64,000 nt of DNA from Nitrospinales bacterium (lineage in GTDB: Bacteria > Nitrospinota > Nitrospinia > Nitrospinales > VA-1), in assembly GCA_965223795.1 (NCBI GenBank), contig CBDCXL010000002.1:2976001-3040000 (forward strand), written 5' to 3'. A model generated the notes under the pieces. The model worked only from the letters and a program-made list of their open reading frames with translations, did not search any database and was not told the origin of the DNA. A program made the position numbers and the translations under genes. Numbering within the stretch: position 1 is the stretch's first letter; each line of letters begins with the position of its first letter. Positions 61,983-64,000 of this stretch are shown here, piece after piece.

Positions 61983-62732
61983 TTACGGCGCACCCCTCAG
62001 GGATGAAAAATCCCCTCCCGATCCGGGAGGGGATTTTTTTTGTCCCGCAATCGGCGTGGAGGGAGCGGCGATCGCTTCTGCCACCGCCTGCCGCACGGCG
62101 TTGCCGATGAGTTCTCCCAAAACAGTGTGCATGCCGCAGAGATTTTCCGGCACGTCGCCCGATGCGGCGATGACGATGCAGTCGGTTCCGGTTCCCGTCG
62201 CCGGACGGCCGGTTTTCGGGCTGACTTTTCCGGCTTCGATGAGGACGGCGGTCTTGGCCATGCCCGCGGTGTGGACGGCTTCGGTCATGCCGTCGATTCC
62301 GGGCAGGGCGTTGGTGGCGAGGATCAGGTTGATGGTGCCGGGTTCCCTGCTGTCGAGCGGCGCGTCGGCGGGATCGCCCGCGGCGCGCAGGTTGTGCAGT
62401 CCGGCGGTGGCGACGGCGTGCACCCACAACGGACCGTGGGTGAGGACGCTTTCGCGGTAGCGCTCGATGTCCGCACCGGTGAGCAGGCCCACCGCGTCGT
62501 TTGGCAGATCGAATGCGCGTTTGACTTCGGCAAAGATGCCGGCAAGCTCCTCATCGGCGAATTTTCCTTTTCGATGGTTGAACACGCAGGCCGTGCGCGT
62601 GAGGCCGCCGTTGTGCGGCGCCCAGCTCAACACCGGCCAGGGGGCGGGCAGGCGGACGAGCAGGGTGTCGCTCTCAAGCGTCACACAGAGAGGCGAGGCG
62701 GATTTTGCGGTTTGCGGCGCATGGGACTTCAT
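61983..62732 (-). CDS. cbiZ: Adenosylcobinamide amidohydrolase
   Basis: LSWAP.NGG, GLLTGA, ATAG..N, GTINL, AK, ATGTGTDC, G.HT.LGELIG. Confidence 0.88.
   Translation of the reverse strand: MKSHAPQTAKSASPLCVTLESDTLLVRLPAPWPVLSWAPHNGGLTRTACVFNHRKGKFADEELAGIFAEVKRAFDLPNDAVGLLTGADIERYRESVLTHGPLWVHAVATAGLHNLRAAGDPADAPLDSREPGTINLILATNALPGIDGMTEAVHTAGMAKTAVLIEAGKVSPKTGRPATGTGTDCIVIAASGDVPENLCGMHTVLGELIGNAVRQAVAEAIAAPSTPIAGQKKSPPGSGGDFSSLRGAP
62006..62041. terminator. Bidirectional intrinsic terminator, inside the 3' end of the cbiZ ORF
   Basis: AAAAA-TCCCCTCCCG-ATC-CGGGAGGGGA-TTTTTTTT. Confidence 0.85.
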
Positions 62733-62810
62733 GTGCCGGGAGTGTGCGTCGAATCCGTACGGATTGCAAGCGGTTTTGCGTTTATGGCAAAGCGGCGTTT
62801 GCGACGGGCT

Positions 62811-63323
62811 TCAGCGGTAACGGTGGACGAGAAACCGGTGCATTTCGTAGGCAGCGCCGGGGTCGATGCCGGCCTTTTTGAGGCAGACCCTGAGCTGCTC
62901 TTCGACGGTGTCGATGCCGTCCAGATTGGGTAAAAGCACGCCCTGTTTGTCTTCATATCTCACGGCGAGGCCAAATTGCTTGCAATCGAGCTGCGCCGGA
63001 TCGTCGATTTTTTCCAGCGGGCTCAGCACGTCGATGGAGATGGAGAGTTCGTCGAGTTCGTCGGCTGCGATCGCATCGAAACGGGGGTCTTTGGAGGCGG
63101 CCTTGACGGCGTTCTGGATGATCTCGACGGCGAGGCTGTCGTGCTGCGGCGTCAGGCTGCCGATGCAGCCGCGCAGCTGTCCGTTTTTTTTGAGAGAAAC
63201 GAACACGCCTTTTTTCTGGCTGAGTTCGCCGCTCAGGAGATCGGGGCAGGGCAGTAAATGACCGCTGTTCAGGAAATGACGGATCGAATTGAATGCCAGA
63301 GAAATGTAGGGGTGGGCTTCCAT
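62811..63323 (-). CDS. AmmeMemoRadiSam system protein A (AMMECR1 domain)
   Basis: GVFVSL...GQLRGCIG, AA..DPRF, GVLLP, KKAG. Confidence 0.9.
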   Translation of the reverse strand: MEAHPYISLAFNSIRHFLNSGHLLPCPDLLSGELSQKKGVFVSLKKNGQLRGCIGSLTPQHDSLAVEIIQNAVKAASKDPRFDAIAADELDELSISIDVLSPLEKIDDPAQLDCKQFGLAVRYEDKQGVLLPNLDGIDTVEEQLRVCLKKAGIDPGAAYEMHRFLVHRYR

Positions 63324-63447
63324 GCGACTCCCATGCCTTTCTCCCTCCTCAATGACAGGATAAGCCGGGTTGTGCCGGGGCGCAAGAAATTTGCGGAAAA
63401 TGCGGCCCGTGCGGGCGAGACGGGGATGCGGCGGCGAACGGGAGCGC

Positions 63448-64000
63448 TCAGTGGCAGGATTTGGCTGCCGTGTGGCGGTCGATGGTGTAGTCGGCCACGG
63501 CGATGAGGCAATCGGCGTATTCCGGGCTGGGGAACTGCTGACCGCGCAGGGTGGCTTTGGCGCGGTCGATGTATCCGCGCGCCAGTTCGAGCGTGTAGTC
63601 GATGGATTTTGCTTCGCGCAGCCGCTCCAGGATGAAGGTGAAGTCTTTCTGTGTGATGTTTTCGTTTTTCACGAAGGCTTCGATCTGCTTTTTCATGCGG
63701 CGGTCGCTGTTCTGGTACAGGTGCAGGAGCGGCAGGGTGACGTGCCCTTCCTTGAAATCGGTTCCCGGCGGTTTGCCGAGCAGTTCCTCGTCGCCTTCAT
63801 AATCCATGGCGTCGTCCACCAGCTGGAACGCCATGCCGAAATCGTTGGCGAAGGAGACGATGCTGCTTTCCTGGTCTTCCCCGGCGTCGGCGAGCAATGC
63901 GCCCATCTGGCAGCTCACGGCGATGATGGAGGCGGTCTTTCTGTGGATCACATCCAGGCAGTGCTGCTTGCTGACATTGAGCTTGCGGGCTTGCGTGAAT
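63448..64000 (-). CDS. Polyprenyl diphosphate synthase (IspB-like), C-terminal part
   Basis: KTA, GMAFQLVDD..D, GKP.G.D..EG..TLP; the N-terminus lies beyond the window edge. Confidence 0.9.
   Translation of the reverse strand, partial: FTQARKLNVSKQHCLDVIHRKTASIIAVSCQMGALLADAGEDQESSIVSFANDFGMAFQLVDDAMDYEGDEELLGKPPGTDFKEGHVTLPLLHLYQNSDRRMKKQIEAFVKNENITQKDFTFILERLREAKSIDYTLELARGYIDRAKATLRGQQFPSPEYADCLIAVADYTIDRHTAAKSCH

Noticed and set aside
62733..62810. Cobalamin riboswitch upstream of cbiZ; palindrome AATCCGTACGGATT at 62752-62765
   Set aside because: The spacer is under 80 bp and has no B12-box; the palindrome alone supports no call

Overview
GC-rich bacterial chromosomal window, mostly housekeeping genes (rsmD, mnmA, suhB, speA, lysA, ald, dnaE, ilvD, mutM, hrcA-grpE, xerC-hslVU-argB, comM-like, cbiZ, a polyprenyl synthetase, tRNA-Gln) mixed with small accessory genes. 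ATP-citrate lyase aclBA (reductive TCA cycle) plus an ethylbenzene-dehydrogenase-type heme b subunit suggest a chemolithoautotroph, probably a Nitrospina-like nitrite oxidiser (inference, no database search). No CRISPR array, prophage or intact transposase is visible. The most notable observations are: (1) a five-gene operon with an orphan cytochrome b, two thiol-redox proteins, a CYCYC protein and a His-rich membrane protein; (2) an ATP-grasp/FMN hydroxy-acid oxidase fusion coupled to an aldolase-like gene just upstream of aclBA; (3) two tandem paralogous 23-aa hydrophobic peptides below the ORF-track cutoff; (4) an operon of two exported apparent pseudo-enzymes, a trypsin-like domain lacking Ser and a YkuD-like domain lacking Cys; (5) a family of 120-129 bp MITE-like elements with a REP-like core; (6) a duplicated lysA 3' end bracketing a one-gene cassette. 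All protein calls rest on motif recognition by eye.
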